Origin: Mobula hypostoma
Lineage: Eukaryota
Direction of reading: 5' to 3'
Assembly (NCBI RefSeq): GCF_963921235.1
Contig: NC_086097.1
Span: forward strand, 37,760,001 to 37,824,000
Length of the DNA stretch: 64,000 nucleotides
In this document: positions 1-13,234 of the stretch, piece after piece
Numbering within the stretch: the stretch's first letter is position 1
How the letters are laid out: the number at the start of each line of letters is the position of its first letter
Notes under the pieces: generated by a model
Database searches by the model: none
What the model was told of the DNA's origin: nothing
The model's input: the letters and a program-made list of their open reading frames with translations, nothing else
Made by a program: the position numbers and the translations under genes

Positions 1-170
1 ATACAACTCCCTCTCCTTCTTTATCAGAGTTGTAATATCCCTTGAGAACCAAGGTTCCTTATTCCCATTCACTTTGCCTTAAATCCTGGCAGGAACATAC
101 AAATTCTGCACTCTCAAAATTTCTCCTTTGAAGGCTTCCCACCTACCGATCACATCCTCTGCTAAAAACA
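1..170 (-). mobile_element. CR1 LINE ORF2 fragment
   Basis: Minus strand reads ...RWEAFKGEILRVQNLYVPARI, similar to the CR1 ORF2 region near 2220-2320. Confidence 0.75.
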
Positions 171-720
171 AGAACTCAGTTGAATACCCCAACCTCCCTT
201 CAGCCATGAGACCTGTGCCACAAGTTGATAGTCTTCCAGTACCGAAGCCACCAGAGACGTGGAGTCTAGAGGAGGCAGATAAAGATGCCGTGATGCATGA
301 GCCAGGAATGGAAAATGACACTGATACTGATGCAGATTTTGAACCCTTTGAGTGAGCCTCATCCGATAACTCAATCTGAGTTAAATGACCTGGTCAGAGA
401 CTTGGGTTGGTCAAAAGCGAAAGCAAAAGGGGTTCAAGGATAGAATCTGCTGACAACAGGTACAAAAATTTCTGTGAAGGATTTTGATATTTGACATATG
501 TTTCCCAGAAATAACTGATGCCAAGATTAAGGAAGGTATTTTTGTTGGTCCACAAATCAAACAAGTCATCAATGACAGGCAATTCGAAGATCTTCTAGTG
601 GGACTGGAGAAAATTACATAGAAGACATTCAAGGATGTTGTTGAAAATTTTCTTGGCAACTACAGAGCACCAAATTATGTGTAGTTGGTTGACAACATGC
701 TTCCAGCATACAAAAAACAT
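171..720 (+). mobile_element. Degenerate, internally deleted DNA transposase remnant (probably Sola3-like)
   Basis: Peptides VEYPNLPSAMRPVP..SLPVPKPP, ITQSELNDLVRDLG.SK and DAKIKEGIFVGPQIKQVINDRQFE...VVENFLGNYRAPNYV, typical of a widespread metazoan transposase family. The superfamily assignment is from recall. Confidence 0.6.
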
Positions 721-829
721 GATTAATTAGTGATTGATCGCATACATCAATTACAGCATTCATATATACAAACGCAAGAGATTCTGCAGATGCTGGAAGT
801 ACAGAGTAACACACAAAAAATCCCGGAGG

Positions 830-3820
830 AAAGTCACAGTGATCAGATCTCTGGCTCTGTGACTCAGAAGGTGGGGGGGGGGGTGGGCGCGAGAAGAGGT
901 GAGCTGTGGTGATGGGGGATTCGTTAGTTAGAGGAACAGAAAGGAGGTTCTATGGAGAAGGACAAAATTCTCGGACGGTATGTTGCTTTCTGAGTGCCAG
1001 GGCTGGAACATCTCAGATCGAGTCTTCAGCATTCTTAGGTGGGAGGGTGAATAGCCAGAGGACATGGTCCATCTAAGTACCAATGACATTGTTAGAAGAG
1101 TGATGAGGCTCTGCAAATTGAGTTCAAGGAGTTAGGTGCGAAGTTAAAGGGCAGGACCACCAGGGTTGTGATCTCAGGACTGTGAGCCCACATGCTAGTG
1201 AGGCCAGAAATAGGAAGATTATATATTTTAACACATGACTAAAGAGTCGGTGTAGGAGGGAAGCCCTAAGATTTCTGGATCATTGGGCTCTCTTCCAGGG
1301 AAGGTGGGACCTGTACAGAAGAGATGGTTTAAATCTGAACTGGCGGGAAAGTTTGCAAATGCTGCAAGATGGGGTTTAAACTAGAGTTGCAGGGGGATGG
1401 GAACTGGAATGCCAGAACAGTGAGTGGAGAGGCTGTGGAGATAAATGTTGTTAAGACCATAGACAAAGTCAAGAATCAAAAGGTTGAGCATTTTGCGACT
1501 AATATCTTGAGCTGTATATATTTCAATGCAAGAAGTATCTGAGTATTGTAGGAAGGGGCAGGACTGGCCACTCATTATTCTGGTGTTCCTTTGTTTTAGA
1601 CGCAACAGAGTGGGAGGGATTAAAAGAGGAAGGGTGGTGATGTTAGTCAGGGAAAATATCACGGCAGTGCTTAGTCAGGACAGACTGGAAAACTCATCTA
1701 GTGAGACTTTATGGGTGGAACTGAGAAATAAGAAAGGCATGACCACGTTAATGGGGCTATATTACAGACCACCCAACAGTCCGAGGGATTTAGAGGAACA
1801 AATATGCAGAGAGATCGCAGATCATTGCAAGAAGCATAAGGTTGTTATGGTAGGTGATTTTAACTTTCCACATATTGACTGGAACTCTCAAACTGTAAAA
1901 GGACTAGATGGAATAGAGTTTGTCAAATGTGTTCAGGAAACTTTCTTTAATCAGTACATAGAATTCCCAATGAGAGAATGGGTGATACTTGATCTGCTAT
2001 TAAGGAATGAGTCAGGGCAGGTGACAGAAGTTTGTGTAGGGGAACACTTTGCATTTGGTGATCACTATGCCATCAGTTTCAAAGTAAATATGGAAAAAAG
2101 ATAGGTCTGGTCCATGGGTTGAGATTCTAAATTGGAGAAAGGCCAATTTCGATGGTATCAGAAATGATCTGGCAAGTGTGGATTGGGACAGTTTGTTTTC
2201 AGGCAAAGGTGTACTTGGTAAGTAGGAGGTCTCCAAAAGAGAAATTTTGAGAGTACAAATTTTGTATGTGCCTGTAAGAATAAAAGGTAAAGATAACATG
2301 TGTAGGGAACCTTGGTTTTCAAGAGACCCTGGTTAAGAAAATAAAGGAGGTGTATAAAAGGTATAGGAAGGTAGGAACAAATGGGGTGCTTATGGGATAT
2401 AGGAAATGCAAGAGAACACATAAGAAAGAAATCAGGAGAGCTAAAAGAAGGCATTAAATTGCTCTAGCAGATAAGGTGAAGGAGAATCCTTAGGGACTCT
2501 ACAGATATGTTAAGAGCAAAAGGATTGCAAGGGACAAAATTGGTCCTCGAGAAGATCAGAATGGCAATCAATATGTGGAGCCAAAAGAGACAGGGAGGGA
2601 TCTTAAATGAATCTTCTGCATCTGCATTACTCAGGAGATGGACAGAGTCTATAGAAGTGAGGCAAAGCGGCATCAACTTCAGGAAGCCTCTACAGATTAC
2701 AGATGAAGAGGTGTTTTGCTGTCTTGAGGTAAATTAGGGTGTATAAATTGCCAGGGCCTGACAAGGTGTTCCCTTAGACCCTGCAAGAGGCAAGTGCAGA
2801 AACAGCCGGGGCCCTAACAGGGTTATTTAAATCATCCTTTGTGACAGGTGAGATACCAAAGGATTGGAGGATAGCCAATGTTTTTCTGCTGTTTAAGAAT
2901 GACTCTAAGTTTAAACCAGGAAATTTTAGGCTGGTGAACCTGACATCAGTAGTGGGAAAGTTATTGGAAGATATTCTATGGGACCGGATGTATGAGTATT
3001 TAGATAGACATGGACTGATAAAGGAGAGTCAGCATGGCCTTGTGCATGGTAGATCAAGTCTAACCAATCTTATAGAACTTTTTACCAAGAAAGTAGTTGA
3101 AGGCAAGGCAGTGGATGTTGTCTACATGGACTTTAGCAAGGTACTTGACAAGGTCCCACATAGGAGGTTGGTCAAGAAGGTTCGGTCATTCGGCATTCAA
3201 GATGAGGTAGCAAATTAGATAAGACATGTGGCTTTGTGGGAGAAGCCAGAGTGGTAGTAGATGGTCGTCTCTGTGACTGGAGGCCTGTGACTAGTGGAGT
3301 GCCGCAGGGATCAGTGCTGGGTCCGTTGTTTGACATCTATATCAACAATCTGGATGACAATGTGGTCAACTGGATCAGCAAATTTGTGGATGACACCAAA
3401 GAAAGATTGTATAGGTTAGGACTTTATTCCTTGGAACGTAGAAGATTGAGAAGAGATTTGATAGAGGTATACAAAATTATGAAGGGTATAGATAGGGAAA
3501 TGTAAGCAGGCTTTTTCTACTGAGGTTGGGTGGGACTAGAACTAGAGGTCATGGGTTAAGGGTGAAAGGTGAAAAGTTTAAGCGGAACATAAGGGGTAAG
3601 TTTTTTACTCAGAGGGTCGTGAGAATATGGAACAAACTGGAAGCACAAGTGGTACATGTGAGCTAGATTTCTACATTTAAGAGAAGTTTGAATAAGTGTA
3701 TGGGTGGTAGGGGTATGAAGGGGTATGGTCCCTGTGCAGGTCAATGGTAGTAGGCATTATTTTGACATAGACTAGGTAGGTCAAAGGTTGTGTTTCTGTG
3801 CTGTACTTTTCTCTGACTCT
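830..3820 (+). mobile_element. Degenerate CR1 LINE (ORF1 SGNH remnant, ORF2 APE-RT, 3' UTR), internally deleted
   Basis: AVVMGDSLVRG (ORF1), [36 protein letters not shown] and DDTK joined directly to [12 protein letters not shown]. Many stops and frameshifts. Confidence 0.92.
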
Positions 3821-4589
3821 GTTACTCGGCAGGTCAGGAAGCTTCAATGGAGAGGCCCAAGACACTTCACTGGGACTTGATCAAGCATATCAGCCGGAAA
3901 TAGCAACTCTTTATTCCTCTCCGTAGGTGTTGCCTGACCTGTTGAGTCCCCACAGCATTTTGTGTAGGATAAAGATTTTGTGCTTCAGGCTGGAGACATT
4001 CACCCAAGGGAAGCCTGGAAATCAGAGGCCAGTATCTTCAACCAGAAATTTAAGAGTTCTTTGCCACAAAGTTTCTGTTTTAAAGGATTATTTCTCATAA
4101 AGTATCACATATAGCCACAGGCAGTGGGGGTAATTTCTCAAAATACGTAAGAAATAACAAGGCAGATAGGGGACTGGAGCACTACCATCTAAAATACCAT
4201 GATAGATAAATTCACAGAATTGTGCAGCTGCTGTCACTATGGAGAGCCTCAGAACAGCCTCACTCCTGTGTGGACAGAGCCAGAGCTCAGAAGCAGTGGC
4301 ATGATCAGAATCTGCTGGTATGATATACTTGCTGTGCAGGTTAGCAGTCCACGTTCATTTTCCCACCAGCTTATTTCTGCTTGCGAGGCAAAAAGGAGTG
4401 TAATGATCCAAATTAAAGCAGACCAACCATCAATGACACAACTTCTGACAGTATTACCTTCAGGTCAGTGACTTAAAATATATCAAGCACTGTTGATAGA
4501 ATTGAAAGTAATACAAGCAGCAATGCACTGAAAGCAGAATTACGGAAGCTTATAACATGGTTATAACAAATTCTTTATACATTTTCATG

Positions 4590-4920
4590 GATAACAAGTA
4601 AGGTGCAGCACAATAACATGCCCTTCACCCATTTAGTCTGTGCCAAACTCTTTAAACTTCTCATTGACATGCACCAGGACCATGGACTTCCATACTCCTC
4701 CCTGTACAAACTGTTAAATATTGAAATAGAAATCGCATCCACCGCCAGCACTCTCAGCTCATTCCACACTCTTAACATCCTCTAAATGAACAACATTTCC
4801 CCTGATGTTCCCCCTAAACATTTCACTTCTCTCCCCTAACCCATGACTCCTATTTGTAGTCTCACTGAACATCAGTGGAAAAGGCCTGCTTGCATTTACT
4901 CTCTCTGTACACCTCACAAT
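4590..4920 (-). mobile_element. CR1 3' fragment
   Basis: RSHGL...FRGNIRGN and RVWNEL motifs plus a CR1-type 3' UTR on the minus strand. Confidence 0.7.
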
Positions 4921-5604
4921 TTTGCATACCTGTGTATAAATTTTGTATAATTGTGCAATACTTTGCACATTTTCAGGACTTGTGGAGGAAATAATTTATA
5001 TGAAGCTTGGTGTGGCTAAATTTTCAGACAATGTGCCATGGTACGATGAAATGGTGGAGCAGGCTCAATGGGCCGAATGGCCTACTTCTGCTCCTATATC
5101 TTATGGTCTTGTGGTATGAAATCATGTCTGGATGCATTTATGGGCTTCTTCTTGAATTCTGATATTTAAGTTCTGCACTGGTGTTTGGGCTGAGACTGCA
5201 ATTATTTATTTATACTTGTGCAATATTTCTTTCTTTGATCAATATGAATAATGAAAAGCTCAGCTTGGTAGCTTTTAATAGATAAACTTGAATTTGAAAG
5301 TCCTAGTTTTGCCTTTCCAGTTTATCTATAATACTTACGTCTTTTCCTTGCTTTTCATTCATGCCCAGTTATATAGCTCTACCTAGCTAATTTACAGTTT
5401 TTGCCCATTTATTTCAGGAACAGTTATCTGTTAGAAAGGAAGCTTCTCAGAAAAATAAAGTTGACTTCAAATTCTGTAATATTAGCAGAAATATACGATG
5501 AAATTATTATTTTTAAATTAGGTATACCAGGCTATGCCTTTGGAAGGGTTATCAAAGGAAACTTGACACAGTCACATATGGAGTAAGTGACCAAAACTTA
5601 AATG

Positions 5605-5738
5605 TGGTCCTGATGAAGGGTCTTGGCCTGAAATGTCACCTGTTTATTCCTCTCCAAAGATACTGCCTGACCTGCTGAGTTCCTCCAGAAATTTGTATGT
5701 ATTGCCCTGGATTTCCAGCATCTGCAGAATCTTTTGTT
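5605..5738 (+). mobile_element. Penelope-derived short terminal repeat with hammerhead-like core
   Basis: CTGATGA AGGGTCTTGGCCT GAAATGTC followed by ...gcctgacctgctgagttcctccag...ccagcatctgcagaatc, the same repeat as the Penelope ends at 23.4-25.5 kb. Confidence 0.75.
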
Positions 5739-5739
5739 C

Positions 5740-6135
5740 AAAGTTCAAAGCTCAAAGTAAATTTATTATCAAAGTTGATATATGTCTCCATATACAACTC
5801 TGAGATTCAGATTCTTACAGGCATACTCATTAAGTCCATAATAGAAAAGTAATCATGATAGAATCAACGAAAGACCTCACCAACTTGGGCATTTATCCAG
5901 TGTGCAAAAGACAACCAACTGTGCAAATGCAAAAAGAAAGAAATAATAATAATAATAATAAATAAATAAGCAATACAAACAAAATGGTGAGTCCATAGGT
6001 TGTGGGAATATTTCAGTGATGGGGCAAATGAAGTTGAGTGAAGTTATCCCCTTCGGTTCAAAAGGGGTAATAACTGTTCCTGAACCTGGTGGCATGGGTC
6101 TTGGGGTTCCTGTAGCTTCTTCCTGGTGGCAGCAG
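5740..6135 (-). mobile_element. Rex-Babar-type LINE 3' tail
   Basis: Tail with gataataaatttactttgaactttg on the minus strand; homologous to tails at 33.9-34.3 kb and 58.6-59.2 kb. Confidence 0.65.
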
Positions 6136-6324
6136 TGTGCTCAAAACTTAATCTGTAAGATTTTGAAGAATATCTTGAAAGGTACAGGAGAGATATAAGA
6201 AACTCTGCAGGAAGACACTTGGAAGTTGAAGATATTGTAACAGATGCTTAGTAAAATTTTAAGGAACCAGCTTAGCAAGGAGAATCCAGAAAGAGCGACT
6301 TTCCAGGACTTTGTGTTCTATATA

Positions 6325-7303
6325 CACCTCAGGGGTGTGTGCTTAGCCCACTGCTTTACTCTCTGTATACATACGATGGTGTGGCTAGGCATAGCTCAAA
6401 TATCATCTACAAATTTGCTGACGATACAACCATCATTGGTAGAATCTCAGGTGGTGACAAGAGGGTGTACAGGGCTGAGATATGCCAACTAGTGGAATGG
6501 TGCTATAGCAACAACCTGGCACTCACGTCAGTAAGACGAAAGAGCTGGTTGTGCACTTCTGGAAGGGTAAGACGAAGGAACACATACCAATCCTCAGAGA
6601 GGGATCAGAAGTGGAGAGAGTGAGCAGCTTCAAGTTCCTGGGTGTCAAGATCTCTGAGCATCTAACCTGGCCAACACATTGATGTAGTCATAAAGAAGGC
6701 AAGACAGCAGCTATACTTTATTAGGAGTTTAAAGTTATTTGGCATGTCAACAAATACACTCAAGAACTTCTGTATTTGTACCGTGGAGAGCATTCTGACA
6801 GGCTGCATCACCACAGGACCGAAAGAAGCTGCAGAAGGTTGTAAGTCTAGTCAGCTCCATCTTGAGCACTAGCCTACAAAGTACCCAGGACATCTTTAGA
6901 GAGCGGTGTCTCAGAAAGGCAGTGTCCATTATTAAGGACCTCAAGCACTCAGCACATGCCCTTTTCTCACTGTTACCATCAGATAGGAGATACAGAAGGC
7001 TGAAGGCACACACTCAGTGATTCAGAAACAACTTCTACCCCCCGCCATCCGATTCCTGAATGAACTTTGAAGCTTTGGACACTACCTCACTTTTTTAATA
7101 AACAGTATTTCTGCTTTTGCACATTTATAAATAATCTATTCAATATATGTAATTTACTTGTTTATTTATTATTATTTTTTATTTTATTTATTATTACTAT
7201 ATTTTTTCCGTCTCTGCTAGATTATATATGGCGTTGAACTGCTGCTGCTAAGTTAACAATTTCACGTCATATGCCGGTGATAATAAACCTGATTCTGATT
7301 CTG
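6325..7303 (+). mobile_element. 5'-truncated Rex-Babar LINE
   Basis: PQGCVLSPLLYSLYT and KFADDTT motifs; 3' end aataaacctgattctgattctga. Confidence 0.85.
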
Positions 7304-7465
7304 AAAAGGATCCTCCACTGTACTAGGTCTGGGGGTAATCAAGAAAATGTAACGTGGTTGCCCAGGATTGTTAATGTACATGGCTGGTAGCATTATCTAT
7401 ATGCTTTGAGACTAGCAGACACTCAACCTGGATGTCTAGTAGCCATGTGGAAGTCAGTCAGTTCT

Positions 7466-7509
<44 letters not shown>

Positions 7510-8320
7510 CTTTATTGTTCCCAAAAGAAATTATAGTGTCACAATAGCATTACAAGTGCACGGATATACAAATACTAGAAGCAAAGTAAGAAAGAATAAA
7601 AAAAGTTACCTTAAAAATAAGATGTACAAGAATTACAGGTCAAAGATCGCAAGATTTTCAAGATTTCCAAGTTCACACTGATAAGATGGTAATGCAAGAA
7701 TTACCGTAATATTATACAGTAATGGGTGCACATTCACACTGTCCAGATAAGAAGTGATGGTGATATTGCACAGTATTGCACAGGGTGCCCACGATAGTAG
7801 GGTGTGGTAAACAGTGTTAAACAGAGCTTAAACAGAACTCTGGTAAACAGAGGTCAATAACAGTATAACAGGAGGGGACCATCACTTCCCCAGTTATAGG
7901 TTGACTCATTATAGAGCCTAATGGCCGAGGGTAATATTGACCTCATATCGCGCTCTTTGGAGTAGCGCAGTTGTCTTAGTCTATTACTAAAAGTGCTCCT
8001 CTGTTCAGCCAAGGTGGCATGCAGAGGGTGAGAAACATTGTACAGAATTGCCAGGATTTCCTGCAGGGTCTTGTGTTCTATTACAGCCTCCAGTGCGTCC
8101 AGTTTGAGAGAACAGAGCCAGCCTTTCCAATCAGTTTATTGAGCCTGTTGGCATCACCCGTGTTGATACCATTGCCCCAGGACACCACTGCATAGAAGGT
8201 TGTACTGGCAACAACAGACTGGTAGAACGTGTGAAGGAGAGGCCTGAATACTTCAAAGGACCTGAGTCTCCTCAGAAAGTAGAGGCGACTCTGGCTCTTC
8301 TTGTACATAGACTCTGTGTT
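7466..8320 (-). mobile_element. Rex-Babar LINE 3' part with (CTAT)n tail
   Basis: YKKSQSRLYFLRRLRSF...FYQSVVAS...RLNKLI; AATAAA followed by a GATA microsatellite at about 7466-7509. Confidence 0.85.
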
Positions 8321-8489
8321 GATGTTATGTGTAGCAGTCCGTAAGAATAGCTGTTGCAGAAGAGAATAGGAACCATGAACGTAACTCATTTTAGCAGTTT
8401 GCTTGCTTCTCACAACTTGCAGCAGAGAACTATATGAATATTGGCCAATTTGATTGCATGCTTTTATACAGTTTACCTATGTTATGGCA

Positions 8490-8975
8490 AACACCCAAAC
8501 TTCCAGGTTTAGATGCGCAAACTCTCCTGAATATGGATAGCTGGTGCATCCCCTTTAAAGATTGAGGCCTGCAAATTCATCGCCTTTGCCAAGCTATCAT
8601 CTGCAGTGGAGACAGCCAAAATTGTCCCTCACCAGGTCTTCAGGATCCACGGTTTTCCAGTGAACATTATATCGCATTGTGGTCTACAATTCGTGTCATG
8701 TTTTTGGAGAGCATTCTGAAAGCTGATTGGCCAACTGCGAATCTTTCCTCTGGTTTCCACCTGTAGTCCAACGGCCAGATGGACCAGGTGAACCAAGATT
8801 TGGAACAAATCCTTAGGTGCCTGGCCTCTGAAAGAAAGGACGAGTGGCATGACCATTTGATGTGGGCAGAGGTCATAACACTTAAAGGCACTTGGTGCAC
8901 GGGATGTACCCTTTCGAATGTCAATTCAGGTATTCTCTGCCACTCTTCCTTGAGCGGGAGGCCGAGGTTGGGGTG
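8490..8975 (+). mobile_element. Ty3/Gypsy integrase fragment
   Basis: VFRIHGFPVNIIS..G.QFVS.FW...LSSGFH..SNGQ.DQVNQDLEQILRC...W..HL.WAE is a decayed rve integrase core. Confidence 0.8.
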
Positions 8976-9020
8976 GAGGGAACACTTAAAAGGAAATAGG
9001 AATATCTATTATTGTTTCAC

Positions 9021-9118
9021 CAGTCTTGATGAAGGGTCTCAGTCCAAAATGTTGACTGTTTTCTCCTCTCCATAGATGCTGACTGACCTTCTGAGTTCCT
9101 CCAGCATTTTGTGTGTGT
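9021..9118 (+). mobile_element. Penelope-derived short repeat with a decayed hammerhead; split by a LINE and resuming at about 10240-10276
   Basis: cagtc TTGATGA agggtctcagtcc AAAATGTT gactg ... ccagcattttgtgtgtgtt; the continuation ctctggatttccagcatctg follows the LINE. Confidence 0.7.
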
Positions 9119-10226
9119 TAGATAGATAGATAGATAGATAGACAGACATACTTTATTGATCCCGAGGGAAATTGGGTTTTGTTACAGTTGCACCAGCCAA
9201 GAATAGAGTATAAATAGAGCAATATAAAACCATAAATAATTAAATAATAATATGTAAATTATGCCAGATGGAAATAAGTCCAGGACCAGGCCTATTGGCT
9301 CAGAGTGTCTGACCCTCCAAGGGAGGAGTTGTAAAGCTTGATGGCCACAGGCAGGAATGACTTCCTATGACGCTCTGTGTTGCATCTCGATGGAATGAGT
9401 CTCTGGCTGAATATACTCCTGTGCCCAACCAGTACATTATGTAATGGATGGGAGACATTGTCCAAGATGGCATGCAACTTGGACAGCATCCTCTTTTCAG
9501 ACACCACCGTCAGAGAGTCCAGTTCCATCCCCACAACATCACTGGCCTTACGGATGAGTTTATTGACTCTGCTGGTGTCTGCTACCCTCAGCCTGCTGCC
9601 CCAGCACACAACAGCAAACATGATAGCACTGGCCACCACAGACTCGTAGCACATCCTTAGCATCGTCCGGCAGATGTTAAAGGACCTCAGTCTCCTCAGG
9701 AAATAGAGACGGCTCTGACCCTTCTTGTAGACAGCCTCAGTGTTCTTTGACCAGTCCAGTTTATTGTCAATTTGTATCCCCAGGTATTTGTAATCCTCCA
9801 CCATGTCCACACTGAGCCCCTGGATGGAAACAGGGGTCACCAGTGCCTTAGCCCTCCTCAGGTCCACCACCAGCTCCTTAGTCTTTTTCACATTAAGCTG
9901 CAGATAATTCTGCTCACACCATGTGACAAAGTTTCCCACCATAGCCCTGTACTCAGCCTCATCTCCCCACTGATGTATCCAACAATGGCAGAGTCATCAG
10001 AAAACTTCTGAAGATGGCAAGACTCTGTGAAGTAGTTGAAGTCCGAGGTGTAGACGGTGGAGAGAAAGGGAGACAAGACAGTCCCCTGTGGAGCCCCAGT
10101 GCTGCTGATCACTCTGTCGGACACACAGTGTTGCAAGCACACGTACTGTGGTCTGCCAGTCAGGTAATCAAGAATCCATGACACCAGGGGAGCATCCACC
10201 TGCATCGCTGTCAGCTTCTCCCCCAC
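9119..10226 (-). mobile_element. Young 5'-truncated Rex-Babar LINE with GATA/GACA tail
   Basis: GAPQGTVLSPFL, LQKFSDDSAIVG and a 216-aa C-terminal ORF (9292-9942); only one frameshift is evident. Confidence 0.9.
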
Positions 10227-11104
10227 TCTGGATTCAGTTACTCTGGATTTCCAGCATCTGGAGAATCTATTGTGTTATTGTTTCTGCTTTGTTGTTTTAA
10301 AACATAAACTTTTAAAAAATAACACATTATTCACTACATCAATTTGACCAATCTAAACTAGGGATGGAAAAAACCTACAATGTGGAGAGTTGATTGGAAC
10401 TTGGGGGCCAAGCAAGGTGCTTGAAACACAACATTTGTTCAGTTCCATTTAGAGGACAAGCTCTTTGGAATCAAAATAACATTTCCTGAATTATTGCTAC
10501 TGACAACGACATAATAAATGATTACTTTGGGTGTCACAATTTCAATCAATCTAAATTAGTCCAGTTGAGGTGCTCTCTTAGTCAGTAATGAAAACGCATA
10601 TAAATAAGCCAATCAAATAAGTAAGATTTTAGCTTTGAAATGTGATGTCTTCCTACATTCGGTAGTTTGGAGTTGTGATTTGTATGTTTTGCTGCAGTCC
10701 TTGATTAATATTGGATGACTCTGAGAGGCTCAGATCTTTCAGGGTGGATTTGGAGACATGGAAGTAGATATGGAATACAAGTAGCAATCAGACACAATTA
10801 AGGTGACACAGTTAAGTGTTTTATAAATTGACAACCTCAGAAAATGTGTTGATTTTTATTGCCCTTCCAAACGAAATCACTGGTATCCCAGACACTTTTA
10901 GCATTTTTCATTCAATACCAAATTTGAACCTATCGCTGTTCAGCATAACCATTGTCACATTAATGTGGCAGTTTTCAAGCCACATTAATGTAAAAGCAAC
11001 AGCATTGTTCAGGTGTTACTGATCTGACCCCCGAAACTGAGAAAAGGGAGTCTGTGAATCGTGTTGCCCATCGGCCATCCTGCTTGTCAATATTACAAAT
11101 TCCC

Positions 11105-12300
11105 GATTCAAGATTGTTTAAAGTAATTTCCAGAATTTAAGTGTAAAAGGAAATGAAATAGTTGTTACTCCAGGTCCAATGCAACTCAAAACACAATAAG
11201 GTATAGAGCATTACTAAATATAACACAATAAATATAAATACATAAGATGGTGTATATGCGTTGATTATATATAAAGTGATGCTAGGTACAGGAGTGTCTG
11301 TACTTAATGTGACTCCGACAGGAAATGATAAAGTAGTGGTAGTGACTTGGGTTGGGCAAGCTCACTGCCTGGGAAAAGTAACTGTCTTAGAGTCTGGTTG
11401 CCCTGGTGTGGACGTTCTGGAGTCTTGTCCCTGATGGGAGTGCGGAAAACAGTCCATGAGCATGGTGGGTTGAATCCTTCATGGTATTGTTGGCCTTTTT
11501 CCAGCAAATTTCTGCATATGACATATCTCCTTGATGGTGGGTAGTTTGGTGCCAGTGATGCGTTGGGCAGTTCTGACCAGCCATTGTAGAGAACTTCCTG
11601 TCCACCACAGTGCAGTTTCCGTATCATGCAATGATGCAATCTACTGCACTTCTGTAGAATGATGTGAGTATGGATGTGCAAAGTCCAGCTTTCTTCAGCC
11701 TCCTCAGAAAATAGAAGTGTTGGTGAGCTTTCCTGATTGTGTTCTGGGACCATGAGAAGTTGCGCAAGATGTGCACTCCCAGGAGTCTGAAACTGCTCAC
11801 AGTTTCCTCTCCTGTGCTGCCAATGTAAAGAGGGGTGTGAGTGATGCAAGTTCTCCTGAAGTCGATAATCATCTCTTTTATCTTGTTGATATTGAGGAAG
11901 AGGTGATTTACCTGGCACCAGGCCTCAAGCTCTTCCACCTCCTCTCAATAGGCCATCTCTTCATTGTTGGTGATGAGCCCCACCACTGTCCTGTCATTGG
12001 CAAACTCGACAATATGTTTACCTGGGTGTTTTGCCGTGCAGTCATGCATGAGCAGAGTGTACAGCAGTGGCTCAGCATACACCCCGGCGGAGGGGGGCAC
12101 CCATGTTGAGGATGATGGTGGGGAGGAGTCAATGTGTATCCTAATTATCTGAGGTTTCTTGGTTAGGAAGTCAAACACCCAGTTGCACAATATTTAGACC
12201 ATGGAGTAGGAGTTTGCTCATCAAAATCTGTGGGACATTAGTGTTGAATGCTGAACAGAAATCCAGAAACAGTGTCCATGGTTTCTAAGTGTTTCAGGCA
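11105..12300 (-). mobile_element. Rex-Babar LINE fragment
   Basis: CNWVFDFLT, PLLYTLLMHDC, FANDRTVVGLI and LNINKIKEMIIDFRR. Confidence 0.85.
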
Positions 12301-12324
12301 GGGTAGGAATATACAGACTTAGTT

Positions 12325-12636
12325 TTATATATAGGCATCCATTAGTCTCGTGAGACCATGGATTTGCGCCTTGGAAGGTTTCCAGGGCGCAGGCCTGAGC
12401 AAAGTTGTATGGAAAACCAGCAGTTTCCCATGCTGCAAGTCTCCCCTCTCCACACCACCAATGTTGTCCAAGGGAAGGGCACTAGGGCCGATACAGCTTG
12501 GCACTGGTGTCTTCGCAAAGCAATGTGTGGTTAAGTGCCTTGCTTTAGGAAACAACACGCTGCCTCAGCTGAGGCTAGAACTAGCGACCTTCAGATCACT
12601 AGACAAACGACTTAACCACTTGGCTACGCGCCAACA
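12325..12636 (-). mobile_element. tRNA-derived SINE with CORE-like middle domain and 12-bp TSD
   Basis: Head tagccaagtggttaag...agttctagcc and middle gcaaggcacttaacc. TSD acagacttagtt at 12313-12324 and 12634-12645. Confidence 0.82.
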
Positions 12637-13234
12637 GACTTAGTTACATTTTATGCTAACGAATCAATAAACTAATTCCACTTTGGGATCTAAAATTAAT
12701 TAATTTGGACTTATTTTTCTCAATTAACCCAGCAGAATGGATTTCCCCGAGTTGGAGAGTTTATGCCAGGCTGAAACTTCAGTATGCCTGTGTGACTTTC
12801 CCGCAAATACTTTGCTTTCTTCTACTTATCCCCTACTTACTCAAGAATTGTGGAGACTCTAATCTCATTGTTGTTGGCTTTTATAATGGCAAGATTAATG
12901 ACATCTGTAAGATTAGTGTATACTTGCATCACAGCCTTTCCAGACAATTAGCAAGCCAATGAAGCCAGGGAGAATGGTCCATTTTTAACCTAGCATGCAT
13001 ATTTCTTCCTGATTTTCTGGGAATTCTTGACAGAGTCACTGTCAGACTACATGATGTTTAGCAGTTTCACATACTTTATGAATAGTATTACAAAACCATT
13101 TTACAAGATTTTATGTTCCTTTATTCACATACTTGTGTGCATTCAGGCCCAAGAAAATACTCCAATTAATATGTCTGAACTTTTCACAACAACAAGTTAC
13201 TTTAAATGACCTCCAGTGTTAATGTAACATAACG

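Noticed and set aside
870..888. G-run as a functional G-quadruplex
   Set aside because: It is a homopolymer expansion inside a decayed CR1 ORF1 with no other support.
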